From Eledone cirrhosa (lineage: Eukaryota), in contig OZ024742.1 of the NCBI GenBank assembly GCA_964016885.1, positions 83,514,001-83,578,000 of the forward strand: a stretch of 64,000 nt of DNA, written 5' to 3'. Shown here one piece after another: positions 1-14,691 of this stretch. The position numbers were made by a program, and so were the translations under genes. The first letter of the stretch is position 1. Each line of letters opens with the position of its first letter. The notes beneath the pieces are model-generated. The model searched no databases. It worked only from the letters and a program-made list of their open reading frames with translations, and had not been told where the DNA came from.

Positions 1-564
1 GCACTTTTCTGATGTTTGTGAAAAAGAATAACAACATTAGACTTTTATAAGAAACAAGAGAAAAATTAAAAAAAGATGTTATTAACCTGAGAAACAACAT
101 GCACAATGATAATTGCAACAAAATATATAGCATTCATAGAAGAAACATCATCTCGACAACAGCAATAAAAACAGAAAAGAAATATGACAGTGTAATCATA
201 ACATCCGATACACAAAATATGGCGGATGAGAAACTAGTCAATAGTTGTTCTAAAATATGCAGTGATAACAATATAGCAAACAGCAATAACAAATATTAAT
301 TAAAAAACAGGAATGGTTGAAATAGGCAACACGAATAACAATAAAGATGAAAAATAATGAGTTGGGTTTATTTTGTTTATATGAAGTTTCCATACTAAAT
401 ATATGTCGTGTGGAATATTCGAAATTTCATCAAGTATTTTCCCTAGCTTCTGAGATACAAGACATACAAGCATATGTGTGTATATATGTCTGTGTGTAAA
501 AATATAAACACATAAATACTAGTAATCATACACACACACACACATAAATACAAACGTGCATTTA

Positions 565-851
<287 letters not shown>

Positions 852-2177
852 TTCCTGTCAAAACATTAAAAATATCTGTATAAGTTCGATCAGAATAAGC
901 GGTAGAACAGGAAATTTGATGAATTGAAAAAAATAGAAACCAAAATTTTAAAAGTTACTGAATTAAATAAGTCTAAAAGTGAAAATAAAAGTACTACTAA
1001 AACATAATAACAACGATAACGACAACATTAATCATAATAATAATAATACAACAACTAATAATAATAATAACAATAATAATAGTAATATTAATAATAATAT
1101 AACGATAATAATTGTAGTTATATAAAATAATGAAAAATGATGGTTAAAATATTAACATCCGCACCAAATATTGAAATGCACAATAAGAAACTAAAATAAC
1201 AGATAAACGGAAAAAAGGTCAACAAAATAAACATCTCCAAATAAATATCGAAATGAAAATATCAACACCAATAATTCTAGATCCGAGAAATGACATCGAT
1301 TGTTGCAACCATAAGCAGCTAAAAACATTTTTGAATTCATATCCACTCCCATGATTCCAAATATTCTGAAACATCTTGTTTTTATGATTAGATTTATTTA
1401 TTGTTTAGGTAAAATTATTTTTAGAAGAACGTGATTTTTGTACATTGTTTATTTTTGTACGTTGTTTTTTAAAGAATTAGCTGCTTTAGAATTGGTTTTC
1501 CTCAATTTCTATGAAAGAATTATCTGCACTTGCTGTAAGCATTCCCATATGATTATATATGGCATCTCGTAAAAGATTGTCAGTAATCATTCTTTATCAC
1601 TTGTTGTGTAACTATTTGGTTATTTGGTAATTCTATGAGCAATGTATTATGTTGATTATACCATATATATTACACGGGAACAAGACCAAGCGATGTGTAG
1701 TACATGCTTCGTTCTTATTTCAAAGTATCCGAAATTATGAGAAAGAAAGCCGCCTTCTCCAACAGTATAAATACTGAAGGACAAAATAATTTCAATTGCA
1801 ACGAAGAGTGGAAAGCTGAATGTCTCGTGTAATTAACCCTTTCAGAAAGACGAATATACTACTGACTTGGCTGGAAACAATAAAAGAAATATTATTGTAG
1901 TGCATGGAAGATGCAAGTACATATTTTGTAAGTGTAACTAGAGACCAAGCAAACGTGATTACAGAATATCAGGATATGAAGTCAGGGCGAGTGAGAGAGA
2001 ATGAATAAGAAATGATAAAACAGAGTAAAGAGAGCAAGTGGATTTAGGGCATAGCTGAGGAGTACCTTATCGCACACACAATCACAACTATACAGATTAA
2101 CACATACACAATATAGAACACATCATGTGCCGTTCGAGCACCGACACTCATTTATAGCCATTATTTCATACGCCCCA

Positions 2178-2368
2178 GGGCGGTGGATTGGCAGTATCGG
2201 TAGAGGGTCGGACGCCATGCTTTCCGGCATAGTTACGTCCCTTTATGATCTGAGTTCAAATCCCGCCGAGGTTGACTTTGCCTTTCATCCTTACGGGGTC
2301 GATAAAATAAAGTACCAGTAATGCACTGGATAATTGCTGGCCTTGTGCCTAAAGTAGAAACAATTATT
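2178..2368 (+). mobile_element. tRNA-type SINE, full length (~190 bp), with 18-bp TSD
   Basis: A-box-like tggcagtatcgg, B-box-like gagttcaaatcc, central gcctttcatccttacggggtcgataaaat and an aattatt tail. Flanked by attatttcatacgcccca at 2160-2177 and 2363-2380. Related copies at 36886, 37067, 44274 and 56121. Confidence 0.9.
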
Positions 2369-3569
2369 TCATACGCCCCAAATTAACTTTCACGCTGCCA
2401 ATCCACCTAATCTCAGGATCTAATAAGATTTCCTACATTCATATATTGCCACAGTTATACAGACCATGTTTATATTCAGTTGAAGGAGTCGAAAACAAAA
2501 TGCTGGGCTCAAATTATAGATGAACAAAAGTAAATGAAAGTAGGTGCTTCTCAGGCATCGAACAATATTCTATTTTTAGTAAAAAGATGAAGAAAATGAA
2601 TGCCTATCTATGCCCATGGTACAAAAAACCTAGAGGCCTCATCTTCAGTTGCATGATAGTGCTTGTGAAACATGAAAAGGCTGATAAGACAATAATTTGA
2701 AATGAAGGGTGTCGAATCAGTACAGCATCAGATAAATGACAGTGTGTTTAGCTGCATCGACTCTCTATTTCGCCCTGCACAAATCGATAAAATGAATAGC
2801 GTCGTCACTATGATTAACTATAACAAAGATTACCCCTGTCTGGCCGAAGTCCAAGTACCGAATACAGACCAATACTAAGCAGGGCATATGTTGGTTTGAT
2901 ATAGGGTATTTCCCTTGGTGTGTATCATATATCGTTTTGTCTAAGGTACAAAAATTTAATGTTTAGTACTGCAAATATTACGTGAAAAACTGGTATCCAT
3001 GGTTCGTATTTCAGGTGAAATGTGTTTGTTTGATAAGCATGTGCATAATTAGTACTGTTTGCTATGCTACTAGGTGAATGAATTCTAAGAATATTAACAA
3101 AGAGAAAATTAGATCAGTGCGAAAGTTTACAAGTGGGAAAAAACATTATTCTTAAGGCGAATTTGTTAATTAAGTACTCTGTTGGATATAGTTTTACTTC
3201 ACATTCATATATCGAATTTTGTTTTGTACAAAAGTTCTCAATGATATTGGGGAAATGTTGAAAAGTAGAAAATGTTATGCATAAATTATGAGCGTATTGG
3301 CTTTCAAAGAGATTTCGTATATGCTTCGAGTATAGTTTCGAGAAAATGCAGTAGATAAGATAGCCTGTAATCGCAATTGTGTTGTTAGATTGCTCGTGTT
3401 CGTAACTGATGATTACATTTGATCTCCAGTTCGATGTATAAGAAAATATATTTCTTGTTGTATTTGTTTTAGTATGAAACTAACTGAATGACGATTTTAG
3501 GTATGTGTTTGAAATTATACTTACTGCATAGATACGTACATACAGAAATACATATATGCATACCTTCAT

Positions 3570-4216
3570 ACATGCATGCATGCATACATACATACATACA
3601 TACATACATACATACATACATACATACATACATGGATACATACATACATACATACATGCATACATACATACATACATACATACATACATACATACATAGA
3701 TACATACATACATACATACATACATACATACATACATACATACATACATTTATATATACTCAAATACATAAATAGATAGATACATGCATGCATACATAAT
3801 GGTTGCCCCCTCGTTATCGAGTATGGCCATTGCGCGATATACCATTATTAATAATTATTAATTAATTCTATCGTGCAATGCCTGTGCATTAAGATATTTT
3901 TTAAAGTGAGGAAAGACTGTACACTGAGCCAATCCCACTCTCTGAGCAACAGTAGCTATAACCCGAAAAGAAGAAAAGATCAACATCATCGGTAACTACT
4001 GAGCCGCAGGTTTTATGTCGGAGTTATCCCAGTTTCCAGAGCTGCTTTCTCCTAGAAGAATGCCCTGACAAAGGCTAGGTGTCCTTCACTCCCAGTGGTT
4101 TAACCTCGCGGTACATGTGTATATACATATTTACACACTTTTGGATGACCGTTGACTCTTATGAGTTCTTCCGCCATACATACATACATACATACATACA
4201 TACATACATACATACA

Positions 4217-4249
<33 letters not shown>

Positions 4250-5046
4250 GCATGCATACATACATACATACATACATACATACATACATACATACATACA
4301 TACATACATACATACATACATACATACATACATACATGGTGGCTGCCAACTTGTTTTCGAGTACGGCCACTACTTTATATCCATGTAGGAGAACGCCTAC
4401 CGATGCGCTAAACAAGTGTGACTTTTTAGTCCAGCCAGCGACTTGAAAACTCTGGTACAAACACTACACTTGTGACAATTATTGACACATAGTGCTGGGC
4501 CCTTGGTACCATGTGATGACAAGTGCAGAGATATCTCCAGACATAAAGCAATGCCTGTGCTGTGAAGCTTTTATAGTGAGAAAATGCACTGCACAAAGCC
4601 AGTCCCACTCTCTTAACCAAGATGATATTTACCAAAAAGAAGAACAAGTCAACATCATTGGATACCATCAGAGTTACAGGTGTTATATCAGAGTTTTCCT
4701 TCTCCTAGAATTCTGCCTTGACAAAGGCTAAGGGGTCATCTCTCCCGGTGATTTTGGATGGCCATTGACTCTTAAGAGCTCCTTTGCCCTTTGACAGGTT
4801 TTGTTTTTAGTACTGCAGGATGTCCAAAGTCACTCTCCTCACCAAGAAACCTTGGTGGGGTTGCCAGTTTAGTCGCCAACGACCCGACCATGAGACAGGT
4901 TGTACTGGGATACATGTTACCAGTAGCACCAACTGGTGACCTGACATACATACATACATACATACATACATACATACATACATACATACATACATACATA
5001 CATACATACATACATACATACATACATACCAACTGGTGACCTGACA

Positions 5047-5076
<30 letters not shown>
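3570..5076. repeat. (CATA)n tracts interrupted by two diverged copies of a non-coding repeat (3797-4175, 4337-4945)
   Basis: The two inserts share aligned blocks (gcaatgcctgtgc, cccactctct, tctcctagaa..tgacaaaggcta, ttgactctta). A third partial copy is at ~30637-30845. Probably non-autonomous LINE-derived elements on the - strand ending in (ATGT)n (inference). Confidence 0.7.
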
Positions 5077-5077
<1 letters not shown>

Positions 5078-6067
5078 GAGCATGAAAAAAAATATATCAT
5101 CAGAATAGCGACTGATCTGGAGGAGAGATATGGAATAAAGCCTGATATAAATCTCTCACCCAGAGAAATCGGAAGATCCTATTCAATGTTCAAACAAGAT
5201 GAAAAAATTGACCAATTTACAGAAAAAGTTGTGCATGGATACTTGAGACGTAAAACACAGACCATAGAGGGGATAAACCACTCAAAAAGCGTGGCATGGA
5301 GTTCCGACAAGTTTATGACATCACACCTTGAGGGATATCTCTATGCAATACAGGAACAAGAACTCCCTACCAAATATCTGCTGCACAAAAGGGGAGGGCC
5401 AGCAGCTGACAATAAATGTAGGCTATGTAAAACAAAGATCGAGGATGTAAGCCACATTGTTGCCAGCTGCGAAAGAATGTCATCTCGCTACTACCTCCCC
5501 ACGAGACACGATGGGATAGCTAGAACCATCTGGAACGCACTTCGGAAAACAAAATTAACAACAAACGAGGAAGAATATATTGAGACAGATGGCACTAAGG
5601 AATACTGGTGGAACCTGAAAATAAAAACTGCCAACAAATTAAAGCACAACCCGCCTGATATTGTTGTTTGGGACCACACATTGAAAACGTGTTCTGTTGT
5701 GGAGATCAGCTGCCCACTTGATGTAAACTTTGTCAGAAAAATACAGGAGAAGGACATCTACGGACCATTGATGAGGAGTTTACAAATCCAGTATCCAAGA
5801 TACACCTTTAGCTTCATACCCATCATTATTGGAGCTACGGGTTATATACCAACCCGCTTGGACCAAAGTATGACTGAACTTGGATTTGCGGACAAAAAGC
5901 GCAGCTCCCTAATTCATAGTCTACAAATGGCTGCGATAGCTGGCACCTTCAAAATTTGCAAAACATTCTTGCGATTCAAGGGATGACAATTTCTTTTCTT
6001 TTACAACCTTGCCACCAGGAAGGTGGCCGGGCAAAAAAATATACTCGAAATTAAGAGAAAGAGATAA
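5078..6067 (+). mobile_element. 5'-truncated RLE-type non-LTR retrotransposon (R4/Dong-like), 3' fragment
   Basis: ORF 5186-5986 has a CCHC finger (CRLC..E...HIVASC), RHD, and PDIV...EISCP..K..Y restriction-like endonuclease motifs. Both flanks are (CATA)n. Confidence 0.85.
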
Positions 6068-7626
6068 CATACATACATACATACATACATACATACATAC
6101 ATACATACATACATACATACATACATACATCACATCTAGGCGTAGAATACATTAAAAAATGAGTTATTTTTTTTATTTTATCATTTTCCTCTACAATCAT
6201 GCCACCCTGCCACAGCCTAGATAAGTAATTCGGATAGTGATTTTTTTTTTGGGGGGGGGGGGTTACACCACTATTCATCCCGGATTACAAACGGCATTCT
6301 GTTCCACGTGGGAGTTTGCATGTACGATCGGGGTAGAAACAACAATACTAATTCCGATACAAACATTAAATTTACTATTGCATCTATGAGCTATTTAAGA
6401 CGACTTATTTATTCTTCTCACTTCCCTTAGTATTTGCGTTTAAATATAAATTTATTTCGCTACTATGAAAATGCCCAGAATGATCTTCCTACTACCTCTT
6501 TGAAGCAACTAAAAAAGTACTGGTAGGAATATCATCGACACTTACAGCATATAAAACTGCTCCGTAAACAGGCGGATAGCAATTGCTATTTCATATTCCC
6601 CGTAGAAGAGTGCAAGAAACATGTAAATACACTTCTAACGCCAATAAACAGTTTCCATTACCTACAGTCTCAAAGTATATTTTTTCTATAGACTGTATTG
6701 GATGTAATTGACAAGAGTAGTTAAAAATCCAACTGTTTTTAGGTTAGAAGTTATTGATGACGTCACTGGTGGAAAAACATACTGACATATCACTACACGT
6801 CTTCTATCACTTTCACTGAACACATAGAAAATACATGCAGTACATGTGATACAAACATACCTCTGAGATTATACTCGAAAATAAAACAGTGAGTAATTCT
6901 TAGGTATATGCTAGTATTTACAAGAAACGTGATGAGGCAGAATTATAAAGGAAAATAAATCTTGATCTTGTAACTGTAAAGAATGTTTTAAATGAAACTG
7001 TCCAAATATAAAGAGACTGATAAAATCGTGTCCTGCAACCAACCGGCCAATTTGATTCAAGCATTCTATATTAAATCAATTTTAATTTAAATTTCAGTGT
7101 TTCTTTTGTATTTCCTGACACTATTATTCAAATAGGTGGTGGTATTTTCTCGTCACTAATTTTAATTAATCGAAATGTCTTCGTTAAATATATTCGGTAT
7201 ATTATCCTCCAATTAAATACTAATTTACGTATCACATAGTAAGTGTACCTGGATATTTTTCCATAGTCATTCTTCAGACATGAGAACAACCTGTGTTCTA
7301 ATTGACATTAGTATTGGTGACAGCGCTAATATTCTAAAACATGTTGCTGATAAGATTAATTAAGCTCGCGATCTAAATGTCAAGATGAAAATTAAATAAC
7401 AAATTTGCCTCTACCAGAAATTTTAAATCAGAATAAAGAAAACAGTGCAGTATTTTCTCTGGTAGTATCACTGCTATGTAAGATCATAAGCTAGTTATGT
7501 CTTCTCTCTAAACTGATGACATTGGACGATTTATTTGGAAATGTCTCAATGCAATAATATAGGCTAAGATTGTTTATGATAAATTTCGTTACTGACCTCT
7601 AAGAGAGTGAGAGATAAGAAAGTAAG

Positions 7627-7668
<42 letters not shown>

Positions 7669-10600
7669 TTGCATGGGAGAGTTAAATATACAGGTGGAAT
7701 TTGAAAGTATACATCGCTCTTGTATATGTCTCTGTTGTATATGTCACTGTTGTATATATCTCTGTAGTATATGTCGTTGGTATATATCATTGAGTTCTTC
7801 TTCATTTTTATAGTTGATAGTTGACATGCTATATGATGATGGACACCATAAAAAAGTCACAATGATGTTAATGATGATGGTGATTATGATGATGATAAAT
7901 ATGATGAGGATAATGACGATGACAGTGACGCTGATCATGAGAGTGAAAATGACGCTCATGATTATGATTGTCAGCTGGGATTGATGACTGTAATGATGAC
8001 CATTTAAGGGCTTAATGTTAATGGGGACAGATATGGTAGGGTTTTATGTGTAGTAGTTGGTGAGTAGCGCTGTTTCAAATATGTTTATCTGCTCTGTATG
8101 TTGTCACAGTCCTGTGTCTGTTTTTGCGTTTGTACTGTTGTTTTATAGGCACTGCTGAGACCCTATCACTAGGAACCTATCTCATTCGCTTACCGAATGG
8201 GGTGGAACACGTCAAACAGGACCAAGGAAACTATTTTTCCATTGGTTTTTCCATTGTTGATACTATCTAGTGGTTGCACCTCCTGGCAGAAAGAGCAACG
8301 GGAAATAAAGTGAGTGAGAGATATAGTGTTCTTCGAGTGTAATTGTAGTAAGTGTAGTAAGTGTTGTTTACGTCAAGATCAGACCTAATATAACATGCCC
8401 ATGATGAACTCTATGACTGTCCCCACCACCATATCGGTTTTTAGCCATACTGCAGCCATTGAGTTTTTAAAGATTATTCCGTTGCTTAACGTAATTATTT
8501 TTATTTCTTCTAGCAAGTAGAGTGACAATGAAGAAGCCTTTTCGTTGATTTGTACTCCTGTAATAATGTTTTGAATATGTTGTAGATACGTATTTGAGAT
8601 TAGTATACTATCGAACATGTAGCAGCAAGAATTGTATAGGCTGGAGCTTGCTTCGGTGGAACACTGAGATCCCGGTATGTTCTTATTGTTTTTAACTATG
8701 AATAGCATTCTTTCACCCAGTAAATTCTTTGTGAGTGAGATATGTAAGGAATTGGCGATGGGGTAATATATTATGTTTAGTTATAATACTCAGATTGTTT
8801 GGATTGTTTGAGAAGATACTGGGAAAATTGCTAGCATAATTTGTATTGATGATGTTGATTAGAATGTTTTTCCCCAGAAGGAAAATTACAAGAAAACATT
8901 CGTTGTTTGATGCGTTAAAAGGATGATACACACGCTTATATCTGGATAGGATTTATCTTAGCACTGAAAGTTAACAGAATACTATTAAACACCAAAGTAT
9001 TTCCTGTACACACGATGAACTGATGAGAGGGAAGTGTTTAAAATTATACACATAATTATCTTTGAGCAGGTATTGATTGATTTGTTAATTAAGAAACCAT
9101 TCACCGTGCGTTAACTGTTATATTAGTACGTCAAACATAGAAGCGTTCTTCTTGTCTCCTATCAAAGGTTGTCGAAGATATATCGTTGCTGATATATTTG
9201 ACACCTAAGCCTTTGGTCGATCCAAAGACTTGGTGCTAACCACAAATTTAGTAATTAATATCATGTCTCTCACCTTATCGAGATAATCACTGCACACTGT
9301 GATTTGTTTTATCGTATTTGGATGAAGCTGTAAAAATTAACAACCGAAACTAACCAAAATTACGTTCTAGTCTCTTTGGAATTTGCAGTCATAAATATTC
9401 TATTGGGGTACGGCTGGTGACGGTGGTGATTTTAATTGTCGGCTTGTTTAATAATGCGTATATTTGATACACAATACTGCTGGCTGTTGTTTTAAAAGTT
9501 AATATTGTAGTTATAGATGTTAATTTTTCCAATGATTATTATTGCTTTGAATCACTAATTTCAATGATGATAGTGTAAAATGTGAAAGAGTAGTCATGGA
9601 GCAAAATTATCATGAATGTAGAATAAAACATGCCCATGATGTAGAATAATGTTTATGTAGAATAGTAATTGCATTGGAAAGTCATGATATAGAAGAGTGA
9701 GGCAGAATAACGTGAGTATAGTTTAACAATGGTATAGAATTTTGATGATATATAATAGTGATGACGTAGAATAATGTTGATGTGTAACATTAATGATGTA
9801 TTATAGTGGTAATGCAGAATATTAATGGTATTTAATTGTGAGTGTGAAGGGTAATGATAGTGTAGTATTGAGATTATTTAGGGTAGTGATTATATATATA
9901 GGATCAGAGAAATCTAAAGCCGTCACTCACAATTGAGTATGACTTGTTAGTATGTACCATGCTTTGCTAAGCGTTTTAAATGCCTATGCAAATGCGAGGG
10001 GATAAGGACACCCAATAGACCCCCCCCCCCCCATTCCCATGACCCGGTAAAATATCCAGGTTGTGACATCTACAATTAGAGAGAAAACAGCACCACCAGT
10101 GGAGTGGTGATTTCGTTGTCAACTTCGTTAAATTGATTGACAAAGGGAAACGCCGCAGAATTTGGACTCATAACACAGATACTCGGAACAAATGTCCAGC
10201 ATTCTAATAACACTGCCAAACTGACCGGTGTATCTATGTTAATAATGGTGTATAATAGTGATTATATAGGATACTGGTGATGAAGTATAGTAATTGTGAA
10301 GGACAATTTGTTTTTATCTTTGTGAAAGCATTAGCGGATGTTACCTTGAACATGCCGATAATAGCCGTGGGCAGTTAAGAGCGAGGTAATATTTTTTTGC
10401 CTTTTGTTGGTGTAGTTGTTGTTGGTGGCGTTTGTAACATTGTTCTTTTATTTTTGTAATATTCCTCTTATTGGAAATAATGATGATGATGGCGATGATG
10501 AAGACAATGATTTTCATGATGAGGAGGATCATGATGAGGAATTTTATGTGAAAAGAAATATTGAAAACTATTGTAATATTTTTTTGTCTTCTATGCTAAA

Positions 10601-11263
10601 CGCTTTTTTGTTATATTTTATGTGTAAGCTGTGAGTGTGTGTGAGAGGGTGCATGTATGAAAGACATAGAAGGGAATAAAGAGAGAGAGGAAGAAAAAGA
10701 GAAGGGAAAATAGAGAGGAGGAAAATAGAGAGAGAGGAAAATAGAGAGAGGGAAAAAGAGAGAGAGAAATACATATCTTTTTATACAATAGGCTATCTCA
10801 CTCCGCAGATTATAGCTGTATGATTTGATAGTGACAGAATACTGCTTGGCTAAACTATTTGCTGGAAGGTTTATTGTTCAAAATGAACAGTAAATCTTCA
10901 TAACTCTAAATTCGTTTTTCAGGAAAAAGAACAAATAAAATATATTTCCCTTCTATCAGGTAACGTAAAGATGAATTGTTCAAGACAAACAATAGTAAAG
11001 GAAATGTTATGTTGATAGAAAGATAAAGATAGATAGATAGATAGATAGATATGTTTCTTCATTAGCCACAGGGGCACAAAAGAAGGGGACAAATACAAAG
11101 GGTGAAGTTTACATACAATAAAAACGTGTAAAATATTATCACAAATGCAATTTAAAAATTAGTCGATTTTCCCCAATAGGGGGAGACATTACATATGGGT
11201 AAGACATACCCCAGGAGTACGAAGAGTTTGTACCCCTTTCCTCTCCTCCTCTTTTTCCTAAAC

Positions 11264-14200
11264 CTACAAGCTGATATAGGGAGAAGGCCCATTCACTCGG
11301 GCCATTCTCGCCACTTTCACCCACCTTTCATACAACTTGCTGGGGTACAGCACCTCTCTCTCCATCCTGACACTTCTTCCAAAGTGGTATTTGAAAAAAA
11401 GAATCACTTGTCGGCCGGAGAGAAAGGTGTCTGACCTCAGCCCTTTCAACCTTGTCCACCATACAACCTCTTTCGCCATAGATATCACACAAAGGAAAAC
11501 CGCCTCTCCTTCGTTTTTGAAGGAGGGTGGCGGTTTGATCATGACAATGGACTCGGTGGTCAACCGGATTGGTCCCACCCGCGACAATAGTCGTTCTACA
11601 TAGCCCCACAGGTCGGTAACGCCGAGGCAGTGTATGAATGCGTGCGCGACGGTTTCTTCGTCTCGCACTCACCTCGGACAGATCTTTTTCGCAGGGTCCC
11701 TGCCCGGGCACCCATGTCTGTAGAGCTTGTCTCGAACTGGTAGAGCTCCTCGATAGCACTGCCAGGCCAGGGACTTTTGGAAGTTGTCCATCCGTCCCGG
11801 GCGGAGGGTCCTACCGAACAGACTGGCCAGTTCGTCTTCCTCTACGCCTAGAGTTTCACCGAGCGCGTCGTCGCACTTGCTGCGGATCAACCCTCTATAG
11901 AATGACGAAGTGAAGTCTCGACTGATCACCGGGTCCGCCACCCAGAGGGCTGTGAGCGCCTGAGCACATTCGATGTGCCAGTCGCCCATTTTCCTCAGTC
12001 TTTGCTTGACCCAGGACTGCAGCTCGGTCAGCGAGACGAGTCGTGGGAAGGCTCGCCTCACGCACAGGGGCCACACTGGTTGTCCGGTGAGGAATACGTA
12101 GAGATGCCACAGCCTGAGCTCGTGTTTGCGCATCGTCAGCCACGGCATTCCCAGCCCTCCGTTGGAAGGGTGTTGGCAGCAGATGAATCTTCTCACCAAA
12201 GGAGCGCGCCTCTTCCAAAGGAATTGGAAGAACGCGCGCTCCATTTTGGTGAGCGTTTTGGCTGGACAAGGCACGACGGTCAAGCGGTAGTAGATGGCAC
12301 GCTATAAAATTGTTCGCCACCTCCGCTCGACCTTTCAAGGATAGTTTGCACTCGGCCCACTTCTGGGTGAGTGCAAACACCTTGGCCGTCACCTCGTTCC
12401 AGCTCTTCTCCACCTGGAGGTCCGGACCAAACCAGACCCCGAGCAGCTTTATCGGTCCTTCCGTCCAGCGTCCGACGACACCATCGGAAGGCATCGGTTT
12501 GCCTCTCCACGATCCGAGTTGCAAACCGATGGACTTGACCCAGTTCAGCTTCGCTCCTGTGAACCTTTCGTATTCCTTCAGTAAGGTGCTGACTTCCTCG
12601 ATTTGCGAGGTGCTCGACACAATTACTGTCACGTCGTCGGCGTAGGCCGACGCCGCTTTCCGCAGTCCCGGTTCCAGAGGGATGCCCTGCAATAGCTCCA
12701 ACTTCCGCAGTAGTGGCTCGAGAGTCAGTACGTACATAAGGGAGGAGAGAGGGCATCCCTGTCGAATGGATTGCGTGATATGGAACGTCTCCGAGAGATA
12801 GCCGTTCACCTTGACCCTTGAGCAGATGTTGCTGTTGTGCATTGCAACAATCCAGCCCCTGAACACGGGTCCGAAGCCTGTCGCCTCGAGCACCGCATCC
12901 AGGTAACGATGGTCAACCCTATCGAAAGCCTTAGACTGATCCAAGTTGATCAGGGCACCACCGAAGCCGGGTTTACACCCTACGCTCTCTACGATGTATC
13001 GCATGAGGTGGAGGTTGTCGTGTATGGACCTGGTCGGGATTGCGCATGTCTGCGCTTCTCCCACCAGGTTCTCGACAAGCGCCAGCCTCTTTGCCAACAC
13101 CTTGACCAAAATCTGTAACTCTGTGTTTAGCAGAGTTATGGGCCGGAAGTTGCCTATGTCATCCCCCTTATTCTCGTCCTTCCTGACTAGTGTGACTACG
13201 CCCCCGGTAACATAACTGGGAATTCTCCCGTTCTGCTGCCAGTTGCAGTAGACCGCTTCCAGGAGACCGGAGAATAAGTCCGGCATTGCTACGTAAAATT
13301 CGTAGGGTAGACCGTCGAGATCTGGAGATTTGCGTTTGCCGCATTGGCTCGGCGCGTCCTCTATCTCAGCGGCTGAAATCGGCTTTTCGCAGAACTTCGC
13401 CTCGCTGTCTGAGAGTCGCGGGAGGCCGTCGAGGTATGGATCGAAACCCATAGCCCCTCCCGGCGCACCGCTCTGCCCGAACAGTTGAACAAAGTGCCGT
13501 TGAAAGGCCGCACACATCTGCTTCGGATCACGTATCACGCGTCCGTCTTGGTCCTTCTAAGACCGCATCGTGGACTTGTTGCTACTTTTTGCCTCCGTCA
13601 CTCGTGCCCAGCTAACATCTTTGGTTCCCTCTTTTCCCAGAGCACGTATTTCTGACAACGCAGCCCTCGTGCTTTGCGTCGAAGAACTGGTCCAAGGCCG
13701 TTCTCGTTGCTAGCACGCTGGTTACGTTTCCACTTCTAATTTCCTCTTCTACTTTATCTTTCAGTTCCTTCTCGGTCCTATTTCTATCTAACGCTAATTC
13801 TTTACTAAAAACTAACGAGTCTAATCTAACTGCCCTCTTGAGAGAGTACCACCATCTGTTGTTGACAATGGCCCTTGTCAAGTGCTGTTTAACTAAAGTG
13901 TTAATCCGTCTACCGTAGGCTTTGCATGTCGGTAACGACAAGTTCAGCTTCCAGTAGCCGAGTCCTTGTCTATGGGTTCTATCAAGGTTGATCATGCAGG
14001 CCACTAGTTTGTGATCTGAATAGGCAACCATGAACATTTGTGGACAGCTTAACATGTCCCTATCCTTATTTCTAACTAGAACCCTATCTAGGTACGATCT
14101 AGATATTCCGCTGAGATTAGTCCACGTCCACAGTGGCACAGTCGGAAAATCTAGTCGATATCTATCGGCCAGATCAAATCGGCCGATTAACTGTTTGAGG

Positions 14201-14691
14201 CTGTTACACCCCCCATTATCGGGACATGCTCCCACATAGTCCCAACGTGCATCTAGGATTCCATTCCAGTCCCCCACTAAAAGCAAGGAGCGGGACGTTC
14301 CCAGAAAAGTCTCTAGACGTTTGAAGAAGTCTGGCCGCGGTGTCCCGGATGGGGCATATGCGGCCACCAGCCTGAAGGCTCCACCATCACTACCGTCAAC
14401 GTCTAGGACCACCAGTCGATCCTCCGGGTCCAGATGTACCGTCTGTGTTACGAGGCCCAGGTGTTTCCGCAGCAAAACGGTAACCCCTCCCCCACCCCCC
14501 GGATGACAGAGAGATGCGTAGATCTCAAAGTCATTGAAGATGGGGGCCAGCTGTCGCTCGCTGTGGATCCTGGACTCGCAAATGACTACTACATCCATAC
14601 TGTGCGACCTGAGGTCGTTTAAGAGTTTGCCCTGTTTCCAGGGCATCCCCAGGTCGCGTACATTCACACATCCAACCCTTATATTGGCCAT
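11264..14691 (-). pseudogene. LINE ORF2 (APE-RT-CCHC), broken into four reading-frame pieces
   Basis: Consecutive ORFs 13612-14691, 11895-13538, 11669-12283 and 11264-11668 carry the canonical motifs in order. Confidence 0.92.

Noticed and set aside
2395-2407. 13-nt inverted match to the SINE 5' end (ctgccaatccacc)
   Set aside because: Too short; probably a remnant of an older SINE.
8030-9040. Possible ancient + strand APE remnant (YLDRIYL) and U6-like gcttgcttcgg at ~8645
   Set aside because: Only isolated motifs; the U6 match does not extend.
10100-10220. Old - strand SINE fragments (also ~34550-34680 and ~2700-2880)
   Set aside because: Too degenerate to set boundaries reliably.
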